The notes beneath the pieces are model-generated. The model had not been told where the DNA came from. It did not search any database and worked only from the letters and a program-made list of their open reading frames with translations. Of a stretch of DNA of 52,333 nucleotides, positions 51,581 through 52,333 are shown one piece after another. Positions within the stretch are counted from its first letter, which is position 1. Each line of letters opens with the position of its first letter. The DNA is from an uncultured Streptococcus sp. (GTDB taxonomy: Bacteria; Bacillota; Bacilli; Lactobacillales; Streptococcaceae). Location: positions 1 to 52,333 of the forward strand of contig CAUFJQ010000001.1 in NCBI GenBank assembly GCA_959025735.1, read 5' to 3'. Made by a program: the position numbers and the translations under genes.

Positions 51581-52130
51581 CTGGGTCAAAATGGACAACC
51601 CGCTATATGTAGCCTACCATGATGAGGAGTGGGGACGTCCCCTCCATGATGACCAGGCGCTCTTTGAGTTGCTTTGCTTAGAGACCTATCAGGCTGGCCT
51701 GTCTTGGGAGACGGTGCTCAATAAACGCCAGGCCTTTCGAGAGGCTTTTCATGGCTATCACCTTCAAGGTGTTGCAGACATGACGGATGAAGAACTGGAA
51801 GCTTTGTTAGACAATCCAGCCATCATCCGCAATCGTGCCAAGGTCTTTGCGACACGAGCCAATGCCCAGGCCTTTTTACAAGTTCAGGCGGAATTCGGCT
51901 CTTTTGATGCCTATCTCTGGTCTTTTGTAGATGGGAAAACCATCAACAATGATGTCCCGGATTACAGTCAAGCACCAGCTAAGACGACTTTATCTGAGAC
52001 ATTATCTAAGGATCTCAAAAAGCGTGGTTTTAAGTTTACAGGCCCCGTTGCGGTCCTATCCTATCTACAAGCAGCAGGCCTGGTCAATGATCACGAAAAT
52101 GATTGTGAATGGAAAAGTAGAAATGAGTGA
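51564..52130 (+). CDS. tag: DNA-3-methyladenine glycosylase I
   Basis: RCSW...YHDEEWG, QAGLSW, KKRGFKF, GLVNDH..C. Confidence 0.96.
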   Translation: MPKRCSWVKMDNPLYVAYHDEEWGRPLHDDQALFELLCLETYQAGLSWETVLNKRQAFREAFHGYHLQGVADMTDEELEALLDNPAIIRNRAKVFATRANAQAFLQVQAEFGSFDAYLWSFVDGKTINNDVPDYSQAPAKTTLSETLSKDLKKRGFKFTGPVAVLSYLQAAGLVNDHENDCEWKSRNE

Positions 52131-52162
52131 CATTAGATGCCTAGAACATCGGAGAATACAGA

Positions 52163-52189
52163 AAAAGCTGAGAGTCTTATCTCAGCTTT
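52163..52189. terminator. Bidirectional terminator between tag and the convergent gene
   Basis: aaagctgaga-gtctta-tctcagcttt. Confidence 0.7.
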
Positions 52190-52333
52190 CTTTGTTATAG
52201 TCAAAGCGAATGACTTGCTCCGTTGCATCTACATGGGCGTGTACTCCGAAGGGGACAATGGCTCTTGGAGTTGCGTGTCCGACATTCAGATTATAGACAA
52301 TCGGGATATTGCTATCAATGATATCCAATAGTG
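52182..52333 (-). CDS. 3' end of a probable S66 (LD-carboxypeptidase/MccF-like) peptidase; partial, runs off the window
   Basis: Manual translation LLDIIDSNIPIVYNLNVGHATPRAIVPFGVHAHVDATEQVIRFDYNKES*; PIVYN.N.GH..P...PFG resembles the S66 catalytic-His region. Confidence 0.7.
   Translation of the reverse strand, partial: LLDIIDSNIPIVYNLNVGHATPRAIVPFGVHAHVDATEQVIRFDYNKES

Noticed and set aside
52137..52331. 64-aa plus-strand ORF at the window end
   Set aside because: Crosses a terminator and is antisense to the better-supported S66-like frame
1..52333. CRISPR arrays, tRNA/rRNA, transposases, prophage and recognised defence systems
   Set aside because: No repeat-spacer arrays or corresponding motifs were seen by eye; very short or divergent elements could have been missed

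Overview
Origin-proximal chromosomal segment of an oral (viridans) Streptococcus. The mitis/parasanguinis-like assignment is inferred from gene content and synteny, not from a search. Most of it is recognisable core genome: gdpP-rplI-dnaB-veg, a TPP-riboswitch ThiXYZ-like ABC importer, rpsD, tetR/yhgE(pip), dltXABCD, aspS, the maltodextrin locus (malXCD-malA-malR-pulA and malQP), a YSIRK/LPXTG GbpC/antigen I/II-like surface protein, nrdI, argS-argR-mutS, a LytTR regulatory system (LRS) pair, and mutL-ruvA-tag. No tRNA, rRNA, CRISPR array, transposase or prophage was seen. The best candidate for an uncharacterised system is a divergent module at 12380-15297. It encodes a Cthe_2159/DUF4353-type acidic beta-helix lipoprotein, a VTC/CYTH polyphosphate-polymerase-like enzyme and an MgtC-like DUF4956 membrane protein. 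Its shared intergenic region holds a mirror-symmetric 4+4 array of 11-bp-phased TTnAG-like half-sites, each array ending 10 bp from a -10 box, as in CiaR/OmpR-type promoters. Other notable signals are a non-oriC DnaA-box cluster, a parS site, two near-identical 179-bp inverted repeats, a MITE-like structured element between mutS and the LRS, a possibly structured malQ leader, a CshA-like insert in the GbpC domain, and an AT-rich CxxC gene between ruvA and tag. All family assignments come from motif recognition by eye.
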